DNA of 63,238 bases, the filler included, from Salisapilia sapeloensis CBS 127946 (taxonomy: Eukaryota > Protista > Oomycota), in the NCBI GenBank assembly GCA_023334545.1. It is 10 parts of 10 records of this genome, joined end to end, with 100 filler letters (N's around TTAATTAATTAA, not from the genome) between each part and the next. Parts side by side here need not be neighbours in the genome. Positions count along the whole stretch, not along the records: positions 1 to 16,785 come from JAADVB010000348.1; 9 more parts are not named here. The stretch is one strand, 5' to 3'. Shown one piece after another: positions 1 through 11,010 of this stretch. The position numbers were made by a program, and so were the translations under genes. The notes below the pieces were generated by a model. The model had not been told where the DNA came from. It did no database searches and saw only the letters and a list, made by a program, of their open reading frames with translations. The stretch's first letter is position 1. Each line of letters opens with the position of its first letter.

Positions 1-2
1 CG

Positions 3-245
3 GCGGCGATCGACCAGACGACGGAGCGGAAGCTTCAGGAGGTGGTGAACCGCGACTTTGAGGACGCGACGGTGCTGACGATCGCGCATCGTCTCGCGAC
101 TGTGGTGGAGTGCGACCGCATCATGGTGCTGAGCGAGGGTAGAGTGGTGGAGTTCGCTTCTCCGAAGGAGCTGGTGAAGGACACGAACGGTGTCTTCTAT
201 CAGCTGGCACAGGAAGGTGGAATCTTGGAAACCCTAGAAGAGTAG
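3..245 (+). CDS. 3' end of an ABCC/MRP-type ABC transporter (NBD2 C-terminus); 5' part lies outside the window
   Basis: The frame reads AAIDQTTERKLQEVVNRDFEDATVLTIAHRLATVVECDRIMVLSEGRVVEFASP: a D-loop remnant, the H-loop TIAHRL, and the DRIMVLxxGRVVEFxxP tail typical of ABCC. Confidence 0.9.
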   Translation, partial: AAIDQTTERKLQEVVNRDFEDATVLTIAHRLATVVECDRIMVLSEGRVVEFASPKELVKDTNGVFYQLAQEGGILETLEE

Positions 246-711
246 TTTTACCCATTGACAAATCAACAGAAATGCAGTGCTTTTTGCGTTTAAGCTCGTT
301 GGTGAAGTTTCTCACGATCTATGTATAGCCTGCCGAAATCCGATCGTGGCTGTGAAGCAGGAAAGCCACATAGGATACTTTCAGTCTATTATGCTGGCAA
401 TGGTAACCTCGAGCTATACAGTTATCAAGATATGGTTTGTTGCATTCATCGATGAATACTGCTCGTTAAGACTCCCTCAGATGAGCTCTTGTGCGATTTC
501 AGTCTCTATATCAATGCTACCTTAACGAGCTAGAGTATACCCTACTCACATCGCTATTCTCTGGACAACCTTCCAAACGAACATGAAGTAAAAATTGTGT
601 TCAAGTTGGCATTTCTATCAAATCTCCCTCCCTACCCATTCACGCACAGCGTCAAACAAGAGGTACAACACAGTCTACTGTACACTTAGCCTGGCAACAA
701 CGATGCGTCGC

Positions 712-2703
712 TCAGGCCTCAGTGTCCGAGTCCTCTGGCGTCAGGAGGTTCTGATACTTGGTCAAGAACTTGAGGATCACGCCGTTCGTCCAGCCGAACC
801 CGAGCTGCACCTCGTACTCTCCTCCATGACCGATTCCGCCCATCTCGGTCGCATTGTACTTTTCAAACATGGCACCCGTCTCCTGCCACGCAATAAATCC
901 AGAGTCGACCCACGTCTGCAGGAGGTCCACCGCCAGGTCCTTCGACTTGTCCGTGTTCGCCGCCAACAGACCTTCGATGATGATGTCTTGCTCTGGTGGC
1001 CAGGCGTTCGGGGCGTCCCACTGCTGCTTGGTCATGCGCGGAGTGGACTGGACGCCTCCAGGCAGGATAAGCCCAGATTGTCGGAATGACTCGACGATTT
1101 TGTCGAGCTTGTCTGTATCATTCGCGTCGAATGCACCAGCCCACAGCGGCGTGTAGTCCGACACGGACACAACAGGGGAGTGGTCGTGCGTATCTAACAA
1201 ATAGTCTTTCCACGCATGTGCTTCGTCCGACCAGAGGAGAGTGTCCATTGCTCGCCGACGCTTCGCAGCAGCATCTTCAAAGAACGAAGCCCCAGACGGG
1301 TTGTTCAGAAGCTTATGGAAGTGGACCATGTTCATCTCAAAGCGATACATGATTGAGTTGAGTTCCACTGGCACGACCTTAGACGTACGTGCGGTCTTGA
1401 GACTCTTGTAATCACCCAACCAGCGACTAGTAAAGTCCCATCCGCTCTCAGCAGCAGCAATCATCTCGTTGTAAAAGTTCACTTGCAACGCAGCGTTGTT
1501 CTCTCCTTCGCCAAACGCCTCTTCTGCGTCAGATACGTCTTCCCGGTACGACTCTGGACGAGGAGCATTCGCCTGACTGACGTACCTGTTCAGCACATGC
1601 GTCTCGTCCGACTGATTCGACTGGATTTCGACTGCATGGCCGAATGGGCCTGTCTGCATCCAGAACGAGTACTCTCTCTCCAAGATCGGAACGACCTTTG
1701 TCAAGTACTCTAGGTCGTACTCTTGCTCCGCTTCTTCTGCCAATACGTCTGGCGTCTCCACGAGCTCCTGTGCCACGAGCCTCACCATATCCGACAGCAT
1801 GGGTGGCTGGGACCTCGTCAGGTAGTAGATGCGACCTCCATTCGGAACGAACCCAAACTCTGAAACGTACTCTAGTAGATTGTTGACTACTCCTCTCGCT
1901 GTATGCTTCATGTCACTCACGAGTAGACCGTGGACGATCCAGTACGTGTCCCAGTAATAGCTCTCTCGGAATCGACCGCCAGGAACGACCACGAGGTTCT
2001 GGGCGCCGCGCAACGAGACGGAAGCACCGACGGAATTCGAGTGCAAAAAGCTGCTTTCGACTCGCGTATCGGGCATACGACCAAGCACTTTCCAGAGTTT
2101 GTGCAGTCCAAAAGCCCAGTCGCGCCACTCGGGGTCGCGTATATTGGCAATGGGCGTGGGGAATGTCGCTTCTTGGAAGTCGAACGGGACAGTCGGAATC
2201 ATGTCCGAACCAGGAGGGTCAAAGTGTTTGTTCAAGAAGGCTAGTAGCAGAGCCTTTCGGTCGTTGACAGTGGTCTTCTGCCATCCTGAGGCACTCGTAA
2301 GCGCTTGGAACTCACTCAAGATCTTGGCAGCCGAGCTGTCGGCTTTGACCGGCATGTCGACAAAGTGTTTGCTGTCAGCAAAGAGGTCGTGCGTCTGGAT
2401 GGCATGGAGCAGCGGACCGTGGCAGAATACCTGCATGAGTTCATCGAGCCGCTGTCGCTCGGATTGGGGGGACGCGTCCGTCTTATCAGGTGACGCGGCT
2501 TCGCGTAAGACGCTGGGCATGATGTCGAGGGAGGAGGAGGCAGTCGTCGATAGCGCACGAGCACAGAGACCTACTAATGCCATGACACTAGTGGCTAGCA
2601 ATATTCGCAGCCACGGACGATAGGATACTGAGATCGCCGATGAAGAGAGAACAAAGGGCCTGTCTCTCTGCACGAGCGAAGTCGTTTCGGCTTGTGGAGT
2701 CAT
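712..2703 (-). CDS. Trehalase (glycoside hydrolase family 37) with an N-terminal hydrophobic anchor
   Basis: 663-aa single-exon ORF with PGGRFRESYYWDTYW, PNGGRIYYLTRSQPP, AAESGWDFTSRW, QQWDAPNAWPP and GGEYEVQLGFGWTNG. Hydrophobic stretch at ~aa 33-52. Confidence 0.95.
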   Translation of the reverse strand: MTPQAETTSLVQRDRPFVLSSSAISVSYRPWLRILLATSVMALVGLCARALSTTASSSLDIMPSVLREAASPDKTDASPQSERQRLDELMQVFCHGPLLHAIQTHDLFADSKHFVDMPVKADSSAAKILSEFQALTSASGWQKTTVNDRKALLLAFLNKHFDPPGSDMIPTVPFDFQEATFPTPIANIRDPEWRDWAFGLHKLWKVLGRMPDTRVESSFLHSNSVGASVSLRGAQNLVVVPGGRFRESYYWDTYWIVHGLLVSDMKHTARGVVNNLLEYVSEFGFVPNGGRIYYLTRSQPPMLSDMVRLVAQELVETPDVLAEEAEQEYDLEYLTKVVPILEREYSFWMQTGPFGHAVEIQSNQSDETHVLNRYVSQANAPRPESYREDVSDAEEAFGEGENNAALQVNFYNEMIAAAESGWDFTSRWLGDYKSLKTARTSKVVPVELNSIMYRFEMNMVHFHKLLNNPSGASFFEDAAAKRRRAMDTLLWSDEAHAWKDYLLDTHDHSPVVSVSDYTPLWAGAFDANDTDKLDKIVESFRQSGLILPGGVQSTPRMTKQQWDAPNAWPPEQDIIIEGLLAANTDKSKDLAVDLLQTWVDSGFIAWQETGAMFEKYNATEMGGIGHGGEYEVQLGFGWTNGVILKFLTKYQNLLTPEDSDTEA

Positions 2704-3090
2704 ATGAGTTTGTGAGAAAATTGGTCGCGAGACTATTTTCCACCAACATCAAGTGCTATAATTAGCTTGTCGTTTTACAAAGGCGTGAAACGACAGCAAA
2801 ACGAGGCCGTCGTCGTGTCGCAGGGGGTGCGAATAGCGTTCTGAAAATCTTGATCCGCCGTATCATCTTCAGCTTTCGACGTAGCTGCATCGTGTGCTGG
2901 ACGCATATCGGAAGTTCAAGCGCATGAAGACGACGGGATAGTTACACTGGAGATGGTATGTGGATGAATAGAGTTACGTGTTGCAAGTGTTTCTTATCCC
3001 GAAGTTCCGACTCTTTCGATGAAACACGGAAAAAATGTGGAAACCTGATAATTATGGCACACTCGACTCGTGGGCGATCTACTTGGCGAG

Positions 3091-3833
3091 ATGCTAAAAT
3101 CAGGACCGGTAACGCGAGTGTGTCATGTCTGTGGCCGACAGTACGGTCGATCATCCTTTGACATACACTTGAAGCAGTGTAAGAAATTGTGGATCGCACA
3201 GGTACAGTACCACACCTATTGAAGTGCACTCACTGTAGGCTTAGTCACTCCTTATACATCTAGGAAGAGCAAAAACCAGTGCATGAACGTCGACCACTAC
3301 CATCCACACCGCCGTCCGTCGCGACTTTAAGCTTGTCAGGCACGGAGCAGTTGTCTCGAGCTGAAATCGATGCGCTGAACGCTGTCGCCCAAGAGTCGTT
3401 TAACACGCACGGACTAGAGACGTGCGAGTACTGTCATCGGACGTTTGCAGAAGGTAGGCTAGCAATCCACAACAAAAGTTGTCGAGGCGATAGCGTTGCC
3501 AAGAAAGTCGGGGAGGGATCAGCTCCTCGGACCGTGCCAAAGCCTGCCGTCGAGTATGGTCGAGTGAAGATGCCTGCAACGCCCAAGGACAGAAAGCTCG
3601 ATCAAGAACAGACCAAGCATCTTGCTGGGACGTATGCTAGCAACCGAAAGACATATCCGGTGGAAGCAACGCCAAGTGAGACGAGAGACACAGAAATACC
3701 AGACCATACAAAGGAAGTGCTCACAAAGGTCGCTCGACGCATGAATACTCTGGAGAAGACGATCTCAAGTTCTTTAAAAGAACTACAGGAACTTCAGACA
3801 ATCGTAAACAAAGAACTAAAAGAACGTTATTGA
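3091..3833 (+). CDS. C2HC zinc-finger protein (zf-C2HC_2 / ZC2HC1-like), 2 exons: 3091-3201 and 3264-3833
   Basis: Exon 1 encodes CHVCGRQYGRSSFDIHLKQC and exon 2 encodes CEYCHRTFAEGRLAIHNKSC. A GT..AG intron at 3202-3263 joins them in frame. Confidence 0.8.
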
Positions 3834-4788
3834 CGGCTGAAATAGTCTCCTAGAGCTCCTTTTGGATGATTTCGCTCCAACTGAGCTTCTCGATGGCCCA
3901 GTTGAGCTATGAACTCTGCCGAAATGTAGTTGACAATGGCCTCCTGGGCGATGATACTACGTGATGGAACTGGAACATGGGCATCATCCTCTGCTTCTGC
4001 TTCGATCACCTGTACCAATTGGTTTATTCGAGGCTCTTGTAATATGACATAGTAGGTAGTACATGATGACTAGCAGAGCTCAACGTCGAGGTAGCTGATC
4101 TAGTGATGCTGACTGTCGTGCATCCACAAGCTCGAAAGCGATCTGGTAGGTCTTGTAGTTCTTTCGTTTCTCCGCTATGAGAAATCAGAACGATCTGCCT
4201 ATTGTTAGCTTTAGGAGTGCTTTGGTATAGATGGTACGTACAGCGTCGTGAGGACGAAGCTTGCCTAGCTCTCCATGTGCCCATTCACTGCCATGCACCC
4301 ACTATTCCCATGCTATTGTGTTACTGTCTTTGTATCGACTGGTGGAGACGTACGTACGTGACTTGGAACCGATATGGAGGATAGTGTCGATGCAAGCCTT
4401 TGGGCGACGATGCCAGATTTGCCAATGCCAGTAGTGTAGATGGTGTGTCCCATCCGATGGCAATCGATCAAGCTGTCCATGGCCGCATGTGTCTTTGTGT
4501 CCTGTGCAATTGATTCTCGCAATTTCTACTGGCAGCAGGTCTATACTTTAGTCGCTGCTATGGCTTGATATATGCAGACAAATGCACCATTAAGGTGGCG
4601 ATGTCTCGGTCGATGGAAGATAGGCCAGCAGACTGGTCATGTATGTCATGTGCTCCTTTTGATGCTGCACTCCATGGCTCTTGACTAGCCACATTATTCT
4701 TGTAGGCTACTTGGAAGGCATGATACGGCTGCAGTCGCTTGCAGACGTATCGCGAACGTGCTGCTAGGAATCGCTTCATGATGGTCAT
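3827..4788 (-). CDS. KpsF/GutQ-like SIS-domain sugar-phosphate isomerase (no CBS pair), multi-exon, with a basic N-terminal leader
   Basis: Spliced pieces give TTGIGKSGIVAQRLASTLSSISVPSH, WVHGSEWAHGELGKLRPHD, LISHSGETKEL and NHPKGALG. These match the GxGKSG, HxxExxHGDLG, SxSGET and HPGGxLG motifs of arabinose-5-phosphate isomerases. Confidence 0.8.
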
Positions 4789-5163
4789 GCTATCGTCTAG
4801 CGTGCTAAGAAAAAGAATTTACACAAAAGAATTATACTTGGCATGGTCCTTGACAGCGTCAGTTCTACTCGCTCACAAGGTATCAAAGTGACCTATGCAT
4901 GCCAACGAATACTACACGATGATAAATGCTGTTCCTTTGTATTTAGAAATCTGTAGGAAGTAGGAAAGCCATGATAAATGCTCTTGCAGCCGGTGCCAAG
5001 GACAGCTAGATAAGAAAAGAGACTTGGCAACACCCATCTAAGTAATCGATAAAGCTAGTGTCCGTGGGCACAAATGAACCGAGGTGTATTTATCCCAACT
5101 TTTTATTCCCACCGGAATTTTCGCTTTCGCATTCCAACGCGCCGACTAGTCTAAGTGACCATC

Positions 5164-5782
5164 TTAGGCGGTCAGAAGGCAGGCGCCACCAGCCGCCTTA
5201 ATCTTCTTCTCAGCCTACATCCATCCATTAGTACGAGTTCATCTAGAGCAGAACTGTCGACGTGACATACCTCCTGGCTGAAGAACTTGGCCTTGACAAT
5301 CAATGGCGTCTTGGGGAGACGGCCCTTGCCGAGCACCTTGAAGAAACCCTACAGACACGTCGTCAGTTTAAGTGTACAAGATGGTGGAGTAGCTATAGCA
5401 AACGTACAGCCTCGTCGACGTTGACAACAGGGGCCTTGCCGTCCTTGTTGTCAGCGGCTTGCTTCTTCACGTCCTCGGACACAAGCGTCCAGAGGCGCTC
5501 GACGTTGATCGTCGGGCAGTGGTTACGGTTGCCAAAGACGTGGAATTGGCGCATACCAACCTTACCGAAGTAACCCGGGTGGAACTTGTCCATCAGGATA
5601 CGGTGGTGGTGTTGGCCACCGGCGTTACCGCGACCACCCGGATGCTTACGGTGCTTGCCAATACGACCGTGGCCGGCACTGACGTGTCCACGCTTCTTAC
5701 GGTTCTTGCTAAATCGGGCCGGCTAGAGGACATACGTATTAGATGCGAGGCAAGAAAAGGTTCGAAAGACCATGCTTACCAT
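5164..5782 (-). CDS. RPL27A: 60S ribosomal protein L27a (uL15), 4 exons (ATG-only first exon)
   Basis: M|[58 protein letters not shown] ... [12 protein letters not shown] ... [16 protein letters not shown], with canonical GT-AG introns. Confidence 0.97.
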
Positions 5783-5952
5783 TCTTCACTAGGATCAAGC
5801 GAAAGCGAATGGAGCTCTTGGACGATCAAACTCGCTCGGGATAAAATGACTGGTTGATCAGCAACGGTATACACCAACCAAGTTTAGTCCGCCAGCATAC
5901 TTTGATCAAGTTATTCAAATGGCGACGTCACACACAACGCTTCAAGATACGA

Positions 5953-7170
5953 ATGACACGGATCGACGAGCTCGAGGAGGAGAATGCGCTCCTGCACTCG
6001 CGATTGAAGGAGCTGCAGGATCAATACGATGCTCTAGATGCTGCGACCAGTAGGAAGATTCAGGATCTAGTTGATGAGAATGAAGCACTTGCAGAAGCGA
6101 ATGAGCACTTGATGGAGAATCAGAATATCTACCAACGTCTCCACCAGCGGCAGGTCGACGAGGTCAAAGTACCTGATGAACTGCTTGTACCTGGAAAGGA
6201 AGTGCGTATGGAGGAAGAGATGGTGTTGGAAGATACGCATTCGTTTGGGAATCTATTGTGTCTATCTGTCCAAGCGACAAACCATCATATTATTGCGTCT
6301 GGAGGAGTCGATAAACAGATCTGTATCCATGATTACAAGCGTAACACCAAGGTATGCAGCTACGACGCCAGTGCTCCTGTCCTAGAAGTATCCTTTTGTC
6401 CCGACCCAGCCTTATCCGAGTACCTCTTGGCATCCTTCATGGACGCTTCCCACGCTCTTCTTCGCCTCGAGGATCTCGATGGAGATCAGTCCTTGAAAGT
6501 CGTTCACCTCTCTCACGACCATACTCGTCATGGCGTCCTTAAAATAGCCTGGAGTGCCTCTGGTCATCTCTATGCCACTGGTGCGAGTGACAAATGTCTT
6601 CACCTGTACAAGTTCGAGGATCAAGTAGAGCTCCTTCAGTCCTTTTATTTTAATGGCACCGTCACTGCAATCACCTTTGCACCTTATGAAGGCAAAGAGT
6701 ATGTCGTTGTCGCAGTCGCGAATGACTGTTACATCCATTACATTGACTGTGAATCGTTTGAAAAGTCTCGTGTGAATATGAATCGAGATGATATTGAGCA
6801 CGTGTCCTACACGATCTTTGATCTACAGCTATCGCCTACTAGCAAGTACCTATTAGCAGCGACAGACACGAACCGCCACTTTATCTTTCCAATTTATACG
6901 AATCATGTCGTACGGAACTTTATCGGTCACAAGGCAGGTGCGTACAGTCAGCCGAGAGTGGCGTGGCATCCGTCGGAAAAGTATATTGTGTCGAATACAG
7001 AGGAGGGAGGGAGCGTATGCACGTGGAGCGTTGCATCTGAGAGACTAGTATCGACGATTCCAGCGCATGAAGCACTCGTGCGAGACCTGGTGACGATCGA
7101 GGTGGATGGAAAGAGCTACTTGGCCACTGCGTCGTACGACAAACTCGTTAAAGTGTTCACTTTAATGTAA
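5953..7170 (+). CDS. WD40-repeat protein with an N-terminal coiled coil
   Basis: The ORF has a heptad-like N-terminus (RIDELEEENALLHSRLKELQDQY) followed by WD-like repeats (IASGGVDKQICIHD, YATGASDKCLHLY, LATASYDKLVKVF). The first ATG is at 5953. Confidence 0.85.
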   Translation: MTRIDELEEENALLHSRLKELQDQYDALDAATSRKIQDLVDENEALAEANEHLMENQNIYQRLHQRQVDEVKVPDELLVPGKEVRMEEEMVLEDTHSFGNLLCLSVQATNHHIIASGGVDKQICIHDYKRNTKVCSYDASAPVLEVSFCPDPALSEYLLASFMDASHALLRLEDLDGDQSLKVVHLSHDHTRHGVLKIAWSASGHLYATGASDKCLHLYKFEDQVELLQSFYFNGTVTAITFAPYEGKEYVVVAVANDCYIHYIDCESFEKSRVNMNRDDIEHVSYTIFDLQLSPTSKYLLAATDTNRHFIFPIYTNHVVRNFIGHKAGAYSQPRVAWHPSEKYIVSNTEEGGSVCTWSVASERLVSTIPAHEALVRDLVTIEVDGKSYLATASYDKLVKVFTLM

Positions 7171-7200
7171 GAAAAGCTTTGCCCGTTTGATTTGTGTACA

Positions 7201-8445
7201 TTAGCCAAAGGGTGGCGGTGGTGGTACAGGTTCAATTCGTCTTCGGTTTCGATTTTGTTGGGATAAAAGAGGCGCCTCTGTCTTTTGCTGCAGAGCGATG
7301 GCTACGTCATACGCGGACGCTCGTTTCCGAGGATCGTCCTGGAGAAGACTCTTGATGATTGACCCGATCAGGAGAGGGATGTGTATCAAGTGGTAACAAA
7401 AGTAACACAAGCGATTGCCACACTCGCCATCGATATGCTGAAAGACTTCTCTCCGCCAATGCGGATGACGCGACAGGAAGACCGGACCGTCCTGGAAGCC
7501 CCAGACGATGCACTGCACGAGGATAACGCCTGCCGACCACAGGTCTGCCCAGATCCCATTGAAACCAGGTCGAGGCGGACGCAGTCGAGCGTTGCGTTTA
7601 AGCTCCGGTGCAGCATACGTCGGTTTACTCTTGATGACCGTGAAGCCATGACCGACGGTACCGTCGTGACTGACGATCTGTGCACTACCAAAGTCGAGTA
7701 TTCTCGCCGTGCCTTGTTTATCAATGGCTACGTTATAAATATCCAAATCGAGGTGAGCCACACCTTGTGCATGCATATAGGTCAATCCTTTCATCATTTC
7801 ACTAAAAATCCCAACTCCTTCTCGTATCCAATTATCTCCAGCTCGTCTATGAATGTGCGTGACACACTCACGATGATTTGGATCTCTGCCACCATTTTGT
7901 TCTGCAAAGTATCGTAGTTGATCCACTAGTAGACGACGAATACGCATGTGGGCATAAGAAGCCAAGCTTCCATTCGAAACAAATTCTGTCGCCAAGTAGT
8001 GATTATATGCATCTTCTTGAAATTCCCATTTGATCATATGTGGATTCTGCAATGGGACATCGACTCCAGCCATTTGTAAACGTGCCATGACACGCAACTC
8101 ATTGTCCATGTCGTCGCGCTGTAATCGGACTTGGCGTCGGTCCATGAGCTTTAGCGCTACTGGGACGGACGCAGCACCTGGATTTCGCATACGGAAGTAG
8201 ACGCAGGACAGGACGACTCCGCAACGACATAGAGCGATCTGCTTGTCTCGTCGGCGGAGAGCGACAACGCCTCCGTAGGCATCCCACGGCAAAAAGACTT
8301 GAGGACATTGCACTGTAAATGTCGTTTTCGACTTTGAGACCGGAGGATGCGTAAATTCTTCGTACGTTGGCATGCCATTGCTACGCGTATATGCGCTCGC
8401 GGCGAGCCACACTTCCATCGAGTTGTTCATCTCGACGAGGTGCAA
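7201..8445 (-). CDS. Ser/Thr protein kinase (CAMK-like, non-RD, atypical catalytic loop)
   Basis: VALK, HLDLDIYN, DFG, YAAPE and DLWSAGV motifs. Confidence 0.85.
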   Translation of the reverse strand: MHLVEMNNSMEVWLAASAYTRSNGMPTYEEFTHPPVSKSKTTFTVQCPQVFLPWDAYGGVVALRRRDKQIALCRCGVVLSCVYFRMRNPGAASVPVALKLMDRRQVRLQRDDMDNELRVMARLQMAGVDVPLQNPHMIKWEFQEDAYNHYLATEFVSNGSLASYAHMRIRRLLVDQLRYFAEQNGGRDPNHRECVTHIHRRAGDNWIREGVGIFSEMMKGLTYMHAQGVAHLDLDIYNVAIDKQGTARILDFGSAQIVSHDGTVGHGFTVIKSKPTYAAPELKRNARLRPPRPGFNGIWADLWSAGVILVQCIVWGFQDGPVFLSRHPHWRREVFQHIDGECGNRLCYFCYHLIHIPLLIGSIIKSLLQDDPRKRASAYDVAIALQQKTEAPLLSQQNRNRRRIEPVPPPPPFG

Positions 8446-8592
8446 AATTCTCCACTTTCGTAGATCGTTTCATTTGTTATTTAATATTGCAGGTTTGAAA
8501 AGACATATTTGTATAAAGAAGAGGTGTTGCATGTTATCAGATATCGGGTATTAAAGGCGACACAATCGCAGACAAGCTGTTGGATCGTACGT

Positions 8593-11010
8593 ATGGAGGT
8601 CCAAGCGGAGCTGGCACAAGGAGTGAGCGACGCCCGAGCTATTCTTTATTGCCCCAGTGTCACTGCAGAGCATGCAATTGTGCGTGTAGAAAGTTGCAAT
8701 GGCCAATGGAGTTTTGCTTGGGTCCGAAAACTAGACTCGAGTGACCATCGAGCTATCATGTCAACGGGATTAGCGGCTTCGTTGGGCATTCCATTGACTC
8801 CTGATGGGCCTAGAGGACTTATGACTGACTCTTCTACCACACTAACAATAAGAGACATTGTGTCTGATTCAAATCCTACCAAATCGAAAATATCAACGGA
8901 TAAAGGCTGCTCTTGCAGCTTTGGCAATGCCAGAAAGATCGAAGTATGCTTCTTGGAACGAAAAGACATGTCTTACGCAGTTCTCACTAGCTTGGAGGAC
9001 TTTATCCACAAGGTATTTGAGTCCTAATGACATCGACTTTTGATCCAATTGTAACACTATGGATTGTCGTGGTAGATTCTGCATCCAATCATGATCTGGT
9101 CCGGTCGACAATTTCTTCTGAAAAGCTTTAATCGTATCGACATGGTTGAACTGACTGTGCTTGAAAGTGAGACAATGGGCACTGGCTGTTGCTCATCGCT
9201 TTTTAAAGTCGCATCGTCGACCAACATCCACTTTGCGCTTCGTTTTAAAGATGCTCCTCTACCAGCTTCTCCAGACACTTCCGTTATTTCCATAGACCAA
9301 AATCTAAAGGATATAAAGAATGTAGCTGGCGGTGTAAGCGATGTAGCAGAAACTGTGTTGCGGTCGATGGCCCTAAAGCTGCAACAGTCGTCCAAACGGA
9401 GCGACCGTGTACAGCCAAGTGTAGGTTGCTTGCTCACTGGTCTGCCTGGGGTCGGCAAAACATATCTAGCCAACGCTATATCCCAAAGGATTCCCTTTCC
9501 GTCCATCGTTATTAACGCTGCTGACATTTTCCAAGGCTTTGCTGGGCAATCCGAAATGATGCTCATCGATCATTTCAGACGTGCACTAGCCAAGAGTCCA
9601 AGTCTTTTGGTGATTGACGGTATTGAGGCCATCGCATCTTCCCGTCGCAACATTTCTAACTCCACCGGAGCATTGGAGGGTAGCGTTTTAGCTACTTTAA
9701 TCTCTTGCTTGGACAATCTTCGAAGTATCGATAAAAAGGTGTTTGTCCTCGCAACGACCTCCGATACTTCGGATCTAGACACAGCTATCATTTCGAATGG
9801 TCGACTGGAGACAGTCGTAGAGATGGAACCGCCAGCACAAGCCGAAAGACTTGAGATCTTACATGTACTCACTCGTGCTTGTGACTTTAAAGAGTCTAAA
9901 GAAGCTACTTTATCGACTGTGAGTGAGCAGACGCGAGGGTTTGTTGGTGCAGATCTTCTCAGTCTCGTACAAACTGCCATTCAAGCCGCATCAAGCAATG
10001 CAACCACTTCAATGTCCTTGGAGTGCTTCACTAAAGCTCTCAATATCACTTCTCCGTCCATACTGCAGGCACATCACGCTGACAAGCAATCTTTAAGGTC
10101 CTCTCCAACGCAAGATGCATTTCATCATATCTTTGGCTTGGAAAATGCCATCCAGGTACTACAGACGTCACTGATCGGTCCTCTGCAAGACAGCAGTCGC
10201 TACTTCAAATTTGGTACGAAACCTCCTCGAGGAATACTGTTGACAGGTGCTTCTGGCTCGGGTAAAACAGCGTTGGCAACAGCCATCGAACAGGAAGTGC
10301 AGATGAAGTCTCTTGCTTCCTTTGTATCTGTGAAATGCACAGACTTGATTACAAAGGTTGTAGGTGACACAGAGAAAACGCTTCGACATCTCTTTGCCAC
10401 AGCGAAAAATGCTGCTCCGTGCGTCCTCTTCTTTGACCAGATCGAGAGCTTGGCACCTGTGCGTGGATTTGATACAAGTACAGAGCAAACGTTCGACCGA
10501 CTGTTGAGTGTCTTACTAGTTGAGATGGATGGGTTTGCCTCTTCGTCTGTTCCGCCGAACGAGTCGATGACGATGCAAGAAGCGTTTTTGCAAAATCATG
10601 TCGTCGTTCTAGCTGCTACTACGAAGAAGGAGCTTTTAGACCCAGCTATCCTTCGGCCAGGGTATGGCGTATTATCTCTTCTTACATAATTATTGTCTGA
10701 TGTGGTATGGTGCGTGTATAGACGATTTGATGTTCATATCCATGTGGACCTGCCGGATGAAAAAGCTCGGTGCGCACTCGTTGAGAATATAGTCGAGCAG
10801 ATTCCAGTATCTTTTGCGCCAGACTGTCAGCATGAGTCAATGGTGCTTAACGATGTCCATGATCTGGCGCAATATGCTGCTACACGCTCAGACGGATGGA
10901 CAGCACTAGACATTCGTCATATTTTTGAAGAGGCTGCGTTTGCAAGTATCCGAAAGGCTATCGACGTAAAGCACGTTCCAGTCAGCGACATTGTCGAGTC
11001 GTTTGAGTAG
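8593..11010 (+). CDS. Double-ring AAA+ ATPase (CDC48/AFG2/NVL-like), 3 exons: 8593-9012, 9076-10661, 10722-11010
   Basis: Walker A motifs GLPGVGKT and GASGSGKT. The spliced SRH reads LDPAILRPG|RFD. The GT-AG introns restore the frame. Confidence 0.88.

Noticed and set aside
5459-5857. 132-aa plus-strand ORF over RPL27A
   Set aside because: Antisense shadow of a highly biased ribosomal protein gene.
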